The notes beneath the pieces are model-generated. The model ran no database searches and had not been told where the DNA came from. It saw nothing but the letters and a program-made list of their open reading frames with translations. A DNA stretch of 63,557 bases, filler included. It is 7 parts of 7 records of this genome, joined end to end, with 100 filler letters (N's around TTAATTAATTAA, not from the genome) between each part and the next. Parts side by side here need not be neighbours in the genome. Positions count along the whole stretch, not along the records: positions 1 to 5,798 come from SRR31156797_3473; positions 5,899 to 12,138 come from SRR31156797_3482; 5 more parts are not named here. One strand, given 5' to 3'. Positions 1 to 9,681 of the stretch are shown piece by piece. How positions within the stretch are numbered: position 1 is the stretch's first letter; every line of letters begins with the position of its first letter. The position numbers and the translations under genes are program-made.

Positions 1-38
1 CACGGTGGCCCAGGCCCAGGAGCTGGAAGGTTGAAATA

Positions 39-380
39 ATGACACTTTCAAACCACCGGAAAGAATCGGGACATGAACTCCTTGTTCGTTTGCTCAAAGA
101 GGCTCTTGAGGCGAGCGCAGACTCAATCAGGCTTGAATACGAAGAGACCGGTCTCGGCGTCAATTTTTTTAGAGGACAATTCGGAAACCTCGTGGAAATC
201 ATTCCGCGTGATCGCGAACAGGAAGTGATCGATGTACTCATAGAAAGGGCGGGAATGACAACGAAGCCCAAAGGCCGGATCCGGCTTGAATTTAAAGGCC
301 GGGAACATGTGATTGCTGTGAAGGAATTCCAAAGTTTCGGAGAAACTGCTTATCTGCTCCGGTTCCGCAAACCTCAATAA
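39..380 (+). CDS. Small hypothetical protein resembling a stand-alone N2 domain of PilB/GspE secretion ATPases
   Basis: 113 aa ORF starting just after the TGA of an upstream gene; LLKEALEASADSIRLEYEE...KGRIRLEFKGRE...SFGETAYLLRF follows the GspE/PilB N2 pattern; no Walker A. Confidence 0.55.
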   Translation: MTLSNHRKESGHELLVRLLKEALEASADSIRLEYEETGLGVNFFRGQFGNLVEIIPRDREQEVIDVLIERAGMTTKPKGRIRLEFKGREHVIAVKEFQSFGETAYLLRFRKPQ

Positions 381-612
381 CGCCTGAAAGCAAATTGAAA
401 AAAGCGGCTTATTACCACTTTTCGATAGTGCTGTTTTTTTGGGTATGCAGAAAATATGCGTGATAGAGCCGTCAAATATGGGCACTTATCCCAGGGTTTC
501 CCAATCCCCCCGACTTGATGATATCATAGCCTTTTTGACCAGCTAATATGTTGGATCTTTGTTTAATTATTTTAGCTTCAGCTTTTCCAGTTCCCAAACC
601 AGACTTTGAGAT

Positions 613-650
613 TTCACGTTATTTTCACATTTTTTTCACGAACAGTTCAT
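613..650 (+). promoter_or_regulatory. ColR-box-like direct repeat array (4 x TTCAC/TTCAT, 11-bp period)
   Basis: Pentamers at 613, 624, 635, 646; a matching array at 2995-3032. Confidence 0.65.
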
Positions 651-766
651 GTGCTTTAATCTAAATGTTTTCCATATTCAACGAAACAGGGTTTGAACCC
701 GCGTTTCGGCGCCATGGGGGAACCTGTCCATCGCCAGGGGATCGATTATCCTTGCCATGGAAGGGT

Positions 767-796
767 TTGACAGTATTAATAAAAGGAAGGTAATAT
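767..796 (+). promoter_or_regulatory. sigma70-type promoter of the two-component operon
   Basis: TTGACA-N18-TAATAT, followed by a GGAGGAG RBS and ATG at 820. Confidence 0.6.
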
Positions 797-819
797 CAAC
801 CAAACTCCGGAGGAGCCCC

Positions 820-1506
820 ATGAAGGACAATATCCGACTGCTCATCATCGAGGATAATCCGGCCATCGCGGAAAACATGGCCGATTTTCTGGAACCAAGA
901 GACTATATTCTGGATTTCAGCATGGACGGCATCGGCGGTCTACACCTGGCCCTGACCCAGGACTATGATGTCATTGTCCTGGACCTGATGCTGCCGGGGA
1001 TGGACGGCATCACCCTGTGCCAAAAACTGCGCAGGGAAGCAGACAAACAGGTGCCGGTGATCATGCTGACGGCCAGGGATACCCTGGACGATAAACTGAT
1101 CGGTTTTGAATCCGGCGCCGACGATTACCTGGTCAAGCCCTTTGCTTTAAAAGAGCTGGAGGCTCGCATAAAGGTGCTGGCCAAAAGACGGGTGAGCGCC
1201 AACAGGGTGTTGTCGGTTGACGACCTATCCATGGATCTGGGGACCTTCGAGGTTTCCCGCCAAGGGAACATCATCAACCTGAACAACACCTGCATCTCCA
1301 TTTTGAAATTCCTCATGGAATCCGCCCCGAATGTGGTGTCACGAAAGGACCTGGAAAACCATCTATGGGGGGACATGCCGCCGGGCAGCGATGTGCTGCG
1401 CAGCCATATGTACACCCTTCGGAAAAAGATCGACAAACCCTTTGACCGGGCCATGATCGAAACGGTCCACGGCATCGGTTTCCGGCTCAGGAAAGAGCAT
1501 CAATGA
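820..1506 (+). CDS. colR: OmpR-family response regulator, ColR-like
   Basis: Receiver (LIIEDN, VLDLMLPGMDG, LTARD, KPF) plus winged helix LWGDMPPGSDVLRSHMYTLRKKIDKPF...TVHGIGFRL typical of the ColR subfamily; start moved to the RBS-supported ATG at 820. Confidence 0.85.
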   Translation: MKDNIRLLIIEDNPAIAENMADFLEPRDYILDFSMDGIGGLHLALTQDYDVIVLDLMLPGMDGITLCQKLRREADKQVPVIMLTARDTLDDKLIGFESGADDYLVKPFALKELEARIKVLAKRRVSANRVLSVDDLSMDLGTFEVSRQGNIINLNNTCISILKFLMESAPNVVSRKDLENHLWGDMPPGSDVLRSHMYTLRKKIDKPFDRAMIETVHGIGFRLRKEHQ

Positions 1507-2786
1507 AATTTTATCAGAGTATCCGGTTCAGGATCGTGGCCGGCATCCTGTTGTTCGGCACCCTGCTGGTGACCCTCAATGCCGCCATTATTTTTTTCGT
1601 CATGATCAACAGCATGACGAAGATGGTTGCCGGCCTCATTGACACGGAAATGGATACCTTTCTTTACAAATATGAAAAGGACCGCACAACCCCCTTGCCC
1701 CATTCCAAATATATAGAGGTATTTGAGGGTGTTGAAACATTGCCGGAAAGATACAGAGAACGGGCCAAAAACTTTTCTCCGGGCATCCACAACATCGAAA
1801 TAGTGGCCAACGCGCCCCCCAAATATGTGGGCGTCATGGCGCTGCCCGGAAAAGACGTTCCCTATTTCATGTTTTTCCACGGCAAGGAGTTTTTCAAAGA
1901 GAATGCCCTGCTTAAGCCCAGAGAAATGTTGATGATCTCCCTGGCTCTTTTGCTTATCCCGGGTGTCATCATCGGTTATATCACCTCCCGTATGCTGTCG
2001 TCGCCGTTAACGGCCCTGACGGAACAGATGAAGGGGTTGACCCCTGAAAACATACCGGCCCGGTTTTTCCAAAAACATGCCGGGAACGAGCTGGGCGTTC
2101 TGACCCGAACCATCGAGACCGCCATGACCCGGATCAACGCCTTTATCCAGCGCGAAAAGCAATTCACCCGGGATGCCAGCCACGAATTGAGGACCCCCTT
2201 GACCATTGTCAAGGGGGCCGTGGAAATCATGGAGCAGCAGCCGGAATTGGAGACCAATCCCTTGTTGAAAAAACCCTTGAAACGGATTTCACGGTCGGCC
2301 CATGACATGGAAACCACCATCGAGACCTTTCTCTGGCTTGCCAGGGAGGAAGGGGGGACCGAAGAACCCTGCCGGGTGGCTCCCGTTGCCAAAAAAGCCA
2401 TTGACGACAACCGATACCTCATGGAAAACAAGGATATCGCGCTTCACGTGGATGTGCTTCATGACAAAGCGGTCCGGGTCAAGGAAGAAATCCTTTATAT
2501 TGCCGTGGCAAACCTTATCCGCAATGCCTTTCACTTTACATCCCAAGGATCGATCGTGGTCACCATCGATGACACATATCTGGACATCCGGGATACGGGA
2601 ATGGGCATCGAGAAGGACAAGCTCGATTCGGTCACCCGATCCCACATCAAAGGAGAAAAGAGCCTGGGCTTCGGATTGGGGCTGAGTATCGTCTCCCGCC
2701 TGTGCAAACGTTACGGCTGGAAGCTGGCCATTGAAAGTCAGACAGGTGAGGGGACCCGGGTCAGGATCTTGTGGCAGGATACCTGA
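1503..2786 (+). CDS. colS: Membrane sensor histidine kinase (HAMP-HisKA-HATPase), ColS-like
   Basis: Two TM segments, H-box FTRDASHELRTPL, N-box NLIRNA, G-boxes DTGMG and GFGLGL; ATGA overlap with the regulator. Confidence 0.85.
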   Translation: MKFYQSIRFRIVAGILLFGTLLVTLNAAIIFFVMINSMTKMVAGLIDTEMDTFLYKYEKDRTTPLPHSKYIEVFEGVETLPERYRERAKNFSPGIHNIEIVANAPPKYVGVMALPGKDVPYFMFFHGKEFFKENALLKPREMLMISLALLLIPGVIIGYITSRMLSSPLTALTEQMKGLTPENIPARFFQKHAGNELGVLTRTIETAMTRINAFIQREKQFTRDASHELRTPLTIVKGAVEIMEQQPELETNPLLKKPLKRISRSAHDMETTIETFLWLAREEGGTEEPCRVAPVAKKAIDDNRYLMENKDIALHVDVLHDKAVRVKEEILYIAVANLIRNAFHFTSQGSIVVTIDDTYLDIRDTGMGIEKDKLDSVTRSHIKGEKSLGFGLGLSIVSRLCKRYGWKLAIESQTGEGTRVRILWQDT

Positions 2787-2994
2787 TAACCTCTTCCATG
2801 ATTGCCATCGGTCCCAATGTGTTCCCTTCGCACCTTTTTAAAATCCATGAACCCTGAACGACCCCATTAAATTCTCTCCAACAACATATCCCTCTATTAA
2901 TGTCCTCTGGGACCCTCTTTCATTGAACATTGGGCTCTATCGGCACGCCCGCTGAATACGGTATCGGTATTTTTTTCCGACAAGCGCGAGTTTT

Positions 2995-3032
2995 TTCACA
3001 ATTATTTCACATTTTTTCTACGGCCCGTTCAC
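2995..3032 (+). promoter_or_regulatory. ColR-box-like direct repeat array upstream of the efflux operon
   Basis: TTCAC 2995, TTCAC 3006, TCTAC 3017, TTCAC 3028; 11-bp period. Confidence 0.65.
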
Positions 3033-3137
3033 ACCCTCCCATCTATCCTTCAACCATCTTTTAAAAAAGAGGAGAGATTATGTTTACAAACCTGACCTTC
3101 AGTATCCGATTCTAACCGACATTTATAAAAGTATAAC

Positions 3138-4631
3138 ATGGCAATCCCATACGAAAATATGTTTAGAGGCGCTCTCCCCTTGACCGTGCCACCGTGGGTC
3201 CGGATCCTGTTGCTGGCCTTGCCGGCATTGTGGGCTTTGGGCTGCAGTACGGCAAATCACCAAATCAAACCGCCGGTTGCGGTTCCGGAACAGTTCTCCC
3301 AATCGGGCGATTCGCCCTTGCCCGACAAATGGTGGTTGTCTTTTAAAGATCCCATTTTAAACACGCTCATGGATCAGGCCCTGGCTGGAAACTTCAGCCT
3401 CAAGACCGCCTGGGACCGGCTCCATCAGGTCGAGGCCCTGGCTGAAATGGCTGGAGCGGATCTCTATCCGGCGCTGGATGCGGAAGCAGGCGCCTCCCGA
3501 ACCCGTTTCCGTGAAGACGGCCAAACCGGCGACAGCCAAAACCATAACCTGGGACTGGCCGCCAGCTACGAGTTGGATTTGTGGGGCCGCATCCGGTCCA
3601 TCCGTGATGCCGCCCTGTTCGATGCACGTGCCGGCGCCCAAGACCTCCGCACTGCGGCCCTCACCCTCTCGTCACAGGTGGCTGTCACCTGGTATCAACT
3701 GGTTGAGCAGTACGGACAATGGGACATGCTGGATGAGCAGATCAAGACCAATGAACAGGTGCTGGAACTGGTGACATTGAAATTTCGTACAGGCCAGGTG
3801 GGCATCGCGGATATGCTGCAGCAGCGGCAGTTGGTGGAGTCCAACCGGGGGGAAAAGGTACAGGTGGCTTCCCGGATCAAGGTTTTGCAGCACCAATTGG
3901 CCATCCTCCTGGGATATCCCCCCCAACAGGCGGTGGCGGCCCGGGTCTCCAGTCTTCCGAACCTGCCCCCCATGCCGGAGACCGGCCTGCCGGCCCGATT
4001 GATCCGGCGCCGCCCGGATATCCGTAGCGCCTATTACAATGTGCTGTCCGCCGACAGAGACGTTGCGGCGGCCATTGCCGACCGCTTCCCCCGGTTGAGC
4101 CTCACCGCCCGGGTGGATACCTCGGGCGGACATGTCCGGGATCTGTTCGACAACTGGCTGGCGAACCTTGCCGCCAACCTGGTGGCCCCCATAATGGATG
4201 GGGGATTGCGCAAGGCCGAAGTGGACCGAACCCGGGCCGTTGCGTCCGAAGCGCTGAACAACTACTCCCAGACGATTCTAGATGCCCTGGGGGAAGTGGA
4301 GGACGCCCTGGTTCAGGAACAGCGCCAGCGGGACTTCATGGCCAGCCTCCACAAGCAGTTGCGGCTGGCGGGCCAGGTGGTGGAACGGGTACGGGATCGA
4401 TACGTGCAAGGAACCGTGGATTACCAGCGGGTGCTGGATGCACTGCTATCCCAGCAGGAACTGCAGATCACCCTTTTAACCGCTGAACTGGACCTTGTGG
4501 AAGACCGGATCGATCTGTGCCGGTCCCTCGGCGGGGGTTGGGTGCTGACGCCTCCTGAAACGAACCAACTCAATGCTTCAAAAACAGCGGAAAAAAAGGC
4601 CACCCCACCGGACAACAAAACCACGGGGTGA
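3138..4631 (+). CDS. RND efflux outer-membrane lipoprotein (NodT/OprM/TolC family)
   Basis: Lipobox LWALGC; KWWLSFKDPILNTLM, ASYELDLWGRIR, RRRPDIRSA, RSLGGGW. Confidence 0.92.
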   Translation: MAIPYENMFRGALPLTVPPWVRILLLALPALWALGCSTANHQIKPPVAVPEQFSQSGDSPLPDKWWLSFKDPILNTLMDQALAGNFSLKTAWDRLHQVEALAEMAGADLYPALDAEAGASRTRFREDGQTGDSQNHNLGLAASYELDLWGRIRSIRDAALFDARAGAQDLRTAALTLSSQVAVTWYQLVEQYGQWDMLDEQIKTNEQVLELVTLKFRTGQVGIADMLQQRQLVESNRGEKVQVASRIKVLQHQLAILLGYPPQQAVAARVSSLPNLPPMPETGLPARLIRRRPDIRSAYYNVLSADRDVAAAIADRFPRLSLTARVDTSGGHVRDLFDNWLANLAANLVAPIMDGGLRKAEVDRTRAVASEALNNYSQTILDALGEVEDALVQEQRQRDFMASLHKQLRLAGQVVERVRDRYVQGTVDYQRVLDALLSQQELQITLLTAELDLVEDRIDLCRSLGGGWVLTPPETNQLNASKTAEKKATPPDNKTTG

Positions 4632-4655
4632 GGCGGAAAGGCGGGAGGTAAAACC

Positions 4656-5798
4656 ATGCTGCCCAAACAAAAAAAATCAATATCCGATCATAATGAAATT
4701 CACCATGGTGAAATCCCCAACGCAGAGGCAGAAAACGGCCCCCGCCGGCAGGGCATTATCCGTATTCTGCTGCCCATGGCGGTCCTGGCCGCCGGCGCGG
4801 CCCTTGCTCTCTGGCTCATGGAGACCGGGCCCCAGGCGAAACCCCGCCCCAAGGCGCGCAACGCTACCCTGGTGGCGGTGAGAGGGGTGGTATACGGTCC
4901 CCAAAAAGCCCTTATCTCCGGCATGGGAACCGTTGTGGCGGCCCGCAGTGTAGATCTGAAACCCCAGGTCAGCGGCGAAATCATTGAAATGAACGGCAAC
5001 CTGGTTCCCGGCGGCCATTTCCAGAAAGGCACCATACTGCTCAAAATCGACCCCACCGACTACCGACTGGCGGTACGGCATCTTACCACGGATGTTGCCA
5101 AAGCCGAGTCGGACCTGCAGCTCGAGCAGGGCAACCAACTGGTTGCCCAAAAAGAGTACAAGCTGCTGGGGGAGACGGTGAGCGATGCGGAGAAAGCCCT
5201 GATGCTGCGCCGGCCCCAACTGAAAAACCTGGCAGCCGCCCTTGAAGCGGCCAAGGCCAAGCTGGAGCAGGCCCGGGTCGATCTCGGTCGCACCCGGATC
5301 AAAGCGCCCTTCAATGCGGTGGTCCATTCACGCGGGGTAAACATCGGCACCCGGGCCAATGACGGCACCGTACTGGCCACGCTGGTGGGAACCGATGCTT
5401 ACTGGGTGGAAGTATCGGTACCGGTGAGCCGACTGTGCTGGATTCGAATCCCCCAATCCGAGGGGGACCGGGGTGCCCGGGTCCGGGTTTACGCGCCGGC
5501 CGCCTGGGGGGACGGCGTGTACCGGGAAGGCAGGGTGATCCGGTTGGAGGCGGATCTTGAGGAACAGGGGCGTATGGCACGGCTGCTGGTTCAAGTGGAA
5601 GATCCCCTGAGCCTTAAGCCGGACAATGGGGGCAAGAAGCCCCCCATGCTCATCGGCGCATATGTCCGGGTGGAGATCGAAGGGCAGACCGTGCCCTCGG
5701 CCGCGGCCATCGAGCGTGAATTCATCCGCAACGGCAACACCGTCTGGGTCATGGACCCCCACGGGAAACTCGCCATCCGCCCGGTGGAGATCGCTCTA
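4656..5798 (+). CDS. RND efflux periplasmic adaptor (MFP), 3' truncated by contig end
   Basis: N-terminal TM anchor, lipoyl half-motifs LKPQVSGEI and IKAPFNAVV flanking a coiled coil. Confidence 0.9.
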
Positions 5799-5898
5799 NN
5801 NNNNNNNNNNNNNNNNNNNNNNNNNNNNNNNNNNNNNNNNNNTTAATTAATTAANNNNNNNNNNNNNNNNNNNNNNNNNNNNNNNNNNNNNNNNNNNN
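5799..5898. other. Artificial contig spacer
   Basis: 44 N + TTAATTAATTAA (stops in all six frames) + 44 N; abrupt GC change across it. Confidence 0.98.
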
Positions 5899-5899
5899 A

Positions 5900-6037
5900 G
5901 CTTCAAGAGAAAATTTATATTTAAGTGCAAGCATTGTAAAAGATGTTGCGTTAAATAATGGACGTCTGGAAGAATTTTTAAGTGAAAAGGTAATACCAGA
6001 TGTGGAAAAAAGAGCCAAATCTTTAAGAGATAATTAA
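5900..6037 (+). CDS. coaD: 3' end of phosphopantetheine adenylyltransferase (partial; missing from the ORF track)
   Basis: Manual translation ASRENLYLSASIVKDVALNNGRLEEFLSEKVIPDVEKRAKSLRDN* matches the CoaD C-terminal (Y/F)LSSSxVKEVA motif. Confidence 0.75.
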   Translation, partial: ASRENLYLSASIVKDVALNNGRLEEFLSEKVIPDVEKRAKSLRDN

Positions 6038-6046
6038 TAAAATGTT

Positions 6047-6082
6047 AAAGAGATACAATTTTCATGTATCTCTTTTCTTTTT
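6047..6082 (+). terminator. Intrinsic terminator after coaD
   Basis: AAAGAGATACA-loop-TGTATCTCTTT followed by a T-rich tract. Confidence 0.7.
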
Positions 6083-6247
6083 GTAAAAATTGAGTTAATA
6101 ATTTCTATGATATAAAAGATAAATATTACAATAGATAGCTTAATTTTTTTAAAAAAATAAGGAAGTTTTAATCTATATATGGTATTATATTTATAGAATG
6201 TGTAAAAATTATGCATTTAATAAATTTAAAATTAATTGGAGCATAAA

Positions 6248-7600
6248 ATGGCAAAAAAACAAAACTATGTGTGCAGTGAATGCGGTCATAGAACTGCAAA
6301 ATGGATGGGGAAATGTTCAAACTGTGGTTCGTGGAGTACAATTGAAGAAGAAATAGAACTAAAATTCACTAAGAAGAGTAGTTCTTCTGTAAGTGAAATA
6401 AAGGTATATAATTTTAATGAGGTAGAAGTACAAGATGGCTACAGATACACAACAAACCTAAAGGAGTTCGATAGAGTTCTTGGAGGAGGCTTAGTTAAAG
6501 GAGAAGTTGTTTTATTAACAGGAAGCCCGGGTGTAGGTAAGTCAACTCTTTTGTTACAAGTTGTTCAAGAGTATGCAGAACAAGGAAAAGTTCTGTATAT
6601 TTCAGGAGAGGAATCTGCCAGTCAGATAAAATATAGAGGTCAAAGACTTAATATAGATCATGATAATATTTATGTAATTAACGAAACTGAGATTGAGAGT
6701 ATAATCTCATATGTTCAAAGGGAAAAACCGGTTGTAGTAATCATTGATTCGATTCAAACACTTTATAGTGCCGAAGTTAACTCAATTCCCGGAACTATAA
6801 CGCAAATAAGAGAAACAACACTAAAAACAGTTGAAGTTGCAAAATCAAATGATATATCATTTTTTATAGTTGGACATATTACAAAAGATGGTAAAGTTGC
6901 AGGACCAAAAACTCTGGAACATATGGTAGATTGCGTTCTTCACTTTGAAGGTGATGAAGGGAATTATTATAGAATACTAAGAAGTATAAAAAATAGATTT
7001 GGTTCTACAAATGAAATTGGAATATTTAACATGGAAGAAACAGGGATATCAGAAATAAAAAATCCTTCTGAGTTTTTTTTAAGTGAAAGAGATGAAAAAA
7101 ATGCAGGAAGTATAGTGGTTCCTGTGGTAGAAGGTAGTAAGATCTTTTTGCTCGAAGTACAGAGTTTATTAATTGATTCTGCCTTTGGATTGCCAAGAAG
7201 AACTGTTCAGGGATTTGATAAAAATAGAATACAAATATTAACAGCAGTTGTTGAGAAAAAGCTGGGTTTATTACTCGGTGCAAAAGATCTATTTTTAAAT
7301 ATCCCGGGAGGGATAACTATTAAAGATACATCAGCAGATTTGGCTGTTGTAATCTCAATAACATCTGCGTATAGAAATATACCTGTGAGTCAAAAAATTG
7401 CTGCTGTCGGGGAGCTTGGTTTAAGAGGAGAGCTTAGGAAAGTAGCTTTCATAGATAAGAGATTAAAAGAGTTGGAAAAGCTGGGATTTAAGGGAGCATA
7501 TGTACCGGAAGCTAATAGAAAAGAGATTGAAAAAAATAAATATAAAATTAAAGTAATATTTTTAAAAAATTTAAATGAACTGTTAGAAAGGATGAAATAA
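6248..7600 (+). CDS. radA: DNA repair protein RadA/Sms
   Basis: CSECG...CSNC zinc finger, Walker A GSPGVGKS, KNRFG motif, Lon-like C-terminus. Confidence 0.97.
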   Translation: MAKKQNYVCSECGHRTAKWMGKCSNCGSWSTIEEEIELKFTKKSSSSVSEIKVYNFNEVEVQDGYRYTTNLKEFDRVLGGGLVKGEVVLLTGSPGVGKSTLLLQVVQEYAEQGKVLYISGEESASQIKYRGQRLNIDHDNIYVINETEIESIISYVQREKPVVVIIDSIQTLYSAEVNSIPGTITQIRETTLKTVEVAKSNDISFFIVGHITKDGKVAGPKTLEHMVDCVLHFEGDEGNYYRILRSIKNRFGSTNEIGIFNMEETGISEIKNPSEFFLSERDEKNAGSIVVPVVEGSKIFLLEVQSLLIDSAFGLPRRTVQGFDKNRIQILTAVVEKKLGLLLGAKDLFLNIPGGITIKDTSADLAVVISITSAYRNIPVSQKIAAVGELGLRGELRKVAFIDKRLKELEKLGFKGAYVPEANRKEIEKNKYKIKVIFLKNLNELLERMK

Positions 7601-7601
7601 A

Positions 7602-8672
7602 ATGAATGACAAACAAAAACTAGAAGAAATCCTTTCATTTGTGGCGCCAGGAACAGAGATCCGGAAGGGACTTGATAATATACTTGATGCCAGAACAGGA
7701 GGTTTGATCGTTGTAGGTGATGATGATAATGTTCTGGAGATAGTTGATGGAGGTTTCTTTATCAACTGCGAGTATAACCCTCAAAGAATTTATGAACTGG
7801 CTAAAATGGATGGAGCAATAATACTTAACTCAACAACGGAGAAAATACTATTTGCTAATATTCAGCTTCAACCAAATCCTTCAGTACCAACAATGGAGAG
7901 TGGAACCAGACATAGAACAGCTGAAAGAACAGCCAAGCAAACAGGTAAATTAGTTATTGCTATTTCGGAAAAAAGAAATAGAATAACTCTTTATAAAAAT
8001 AACGTTAGATACGTTCTTCGGAATATGAGTGATATCATGAGTGAAGCCAGTCAGGCGATGAAAACTCTGGAAAGATATAGAGAAGTTATCGATAAAGCTT
8101 TAACTAACTTAACTATTATGGAATATGATGATCTTGTAACTCTATTTGAAGTAAGTTCAGTATTGCAAAAATATGAATTTTTAGCAAGAATATCGAAAGA
8201 TATAGAGATGAATATTATTGAACTAGGTTCAGAAGGAACACTTATTTCACTTCAACTTGATGAACTTATGTATGAAGTCAAAGGTGAAATTGAAGATTTA
8301 ATTCGAGATTATCATAAAGAAAACGAAGCGGATAAATTTAGTACAGATGAAATATTTGAAGAACTTTCAAAATTATCTGAAGAAAAACTTATGGAGCTGG
8401 AAAATGTAGTTCACTTATTAGGATATAGAAAAAGTTACAGTTCACTTGATACAAGAGTTGTGCCAAAAGGATATAGAATCCTTGGTAAGATAATTAGACT
8501 TACACAAAAAGACGTAGAAATTCTTGTCTCTTCATTTAAAGGTTTAAATGCTATAATGGATGCAACGCTTGATGAACTTGCAAAAATAGACAATATAAGT
8601 AAATTTAAAGCAAGAACAATTAAGAATGGAATAAGAAGATTACGTTTTACTACGCAACTGGAAAAATCTTAA
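7602..8672 (+). CDS. disA: DNA integrity scanning diadenylate cyclase DisA
   Basis: DAC motifs KMDGAI and GTRHRTA, linker, C-terminal HhH; directly after radA. Confidence 0.96.
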   Translation: MNDKQKLEEILSFVAPGTEIRKGLDNILDARTGGLIVVGDDDNVLEIVDGGFFINCEYNPQRIYELAKMDGAIILNSTTEKILFANIQLQPNPSVPTMESGTRHRTAERTAKQTGKLVIAISEKRNRITLYKNNVRYVLRNMSDIMSEASQAMKTLERYREVIDKALTNLTIMEYDDLVTLFEVSSVLQKYEFLARISKDIEMNIIELGSEGTLISLQLDELMYEVKGEIEDLIRDYHKENEADKFSTDEIFEELSKLSEEKLMELENVVHLLGYRKSYSSLDTRVVPKGYRILGKIIRLTQKDVEILVSSFKGLNAIMDATLDELAKIDNISKFKARTIKNGIRRLRFTTQLEKS

Positions 8673-8715
8673 AAAGATTTAAAAAATCGCAAACTTGAAA
8701 GGAGTGAAACAACGA

Positions 8716-9681
8716 ATGAGTAATAATAACTTTAATCCTAATGATTTAAAGAGTATTTTTAAATACATTAGAGGATTTGGGCTACTTGGAGTAGTTGTAG
8801 TATTAGCATTATACTTAGCAACAGGAGTTTATCAGGTAGGTCCGGATGAAAAAGCAGTAGTATTAACATTTGGTAAATATACAAAAGAGAGTGGGCCAGG
8901 TATTAACTGGTATTTCCCTTCGCCAATTGGAAGGGTAATCAAAGTTAAGGCAACTAAAGTTTACAGAGCAGAAATAGGTTTTAGGACAATAGATCCGGGA
9001 CCACCAGCAAAATATAAGGATGTAAGAACAGAATCACTTATGCTAACTGTTGATGAAAACATCGTTGAAATTGATTTCAGTGTGCAGTATCAAATTAGTA
9101 ACTTGAGGAATTTTTTATTTAATGTAAAAGATCCAATTAAAATGATCAATGATGCTGCTGAAGCAAGTATTAGAACAATTGTAGGAAATACGAGTTTAGA
9201 AGATATCTTAACAGTTGGAAAAGCAAAAGTTCAGGCAGATGCAGAGATGATGCTTCAAGAAATTCTTGCAAAATATGAGAGTGGTATTACAATTCTTAAT
9301 ATTCAACTTCAAGATGTACAGCCTCCAAAAGAAGTAGTTGCAGCATTTAAAGACGTAGCAAGTGCGAGAGAGGATAAAGTAAGATATATTAACGAAGCAA
9401 ACGGATATGAAAACGACATAATTCCAAAAGCTCGTGGAGAAGCTCAAAAAATAATTAATCAAGCAACTGCTTACAAAGATAGAAGAATTAAAGAAGCAGA
9501 AGGGGATGTAGCTAAATTCCTTAAACTGTATGAAAATTATCAATTAGGAGAAGAGGTAACTAAAACAAGACTTTATATTGAAACTCTTGAGAAAGTTATG
9601 CCTAAAGTGGATAAATTAATAGTTGATAAGGATATAGAAAGTGGAATTCTAAATGTAATGGGGAAGGGGGAGCTTAGATAA
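8716..9681 (+). CDS. hflK: FtsH modulator HflK
   Basis: SPFH domain, ESLMLTVDENIV, DVQPPKEVVAAFKDVASAREDK, IIPKARGEA. Confidence 0.95.
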   Translation: MSNNNFNPNDLKSIFKYIRGFGLLGVVVVLALYLATGVYQVGPDEKAVVLTFGKYTKESGPGINWYFPSPIGRVIKVKATKVYRAEIGFRTIDPGPPAKYKDVRTESLMLTVDENIVEIDFSVQYQISNLRNFLFNVKDPIKMINDAAEASIRTIVGNTSLEDILTVGKAKVQADAEMMLQEILAKYESGITILNIQLQDVQPPKEVVAAFKDVASAREDKVRYINEANGYENDIIPKARGEAQKIINQATAYKDRRIKEAEGDVAKFLKLYENYQLGEEVTKTRLYIETLEKVMPKVDKLIVDKDIESGILNVMGKGELR

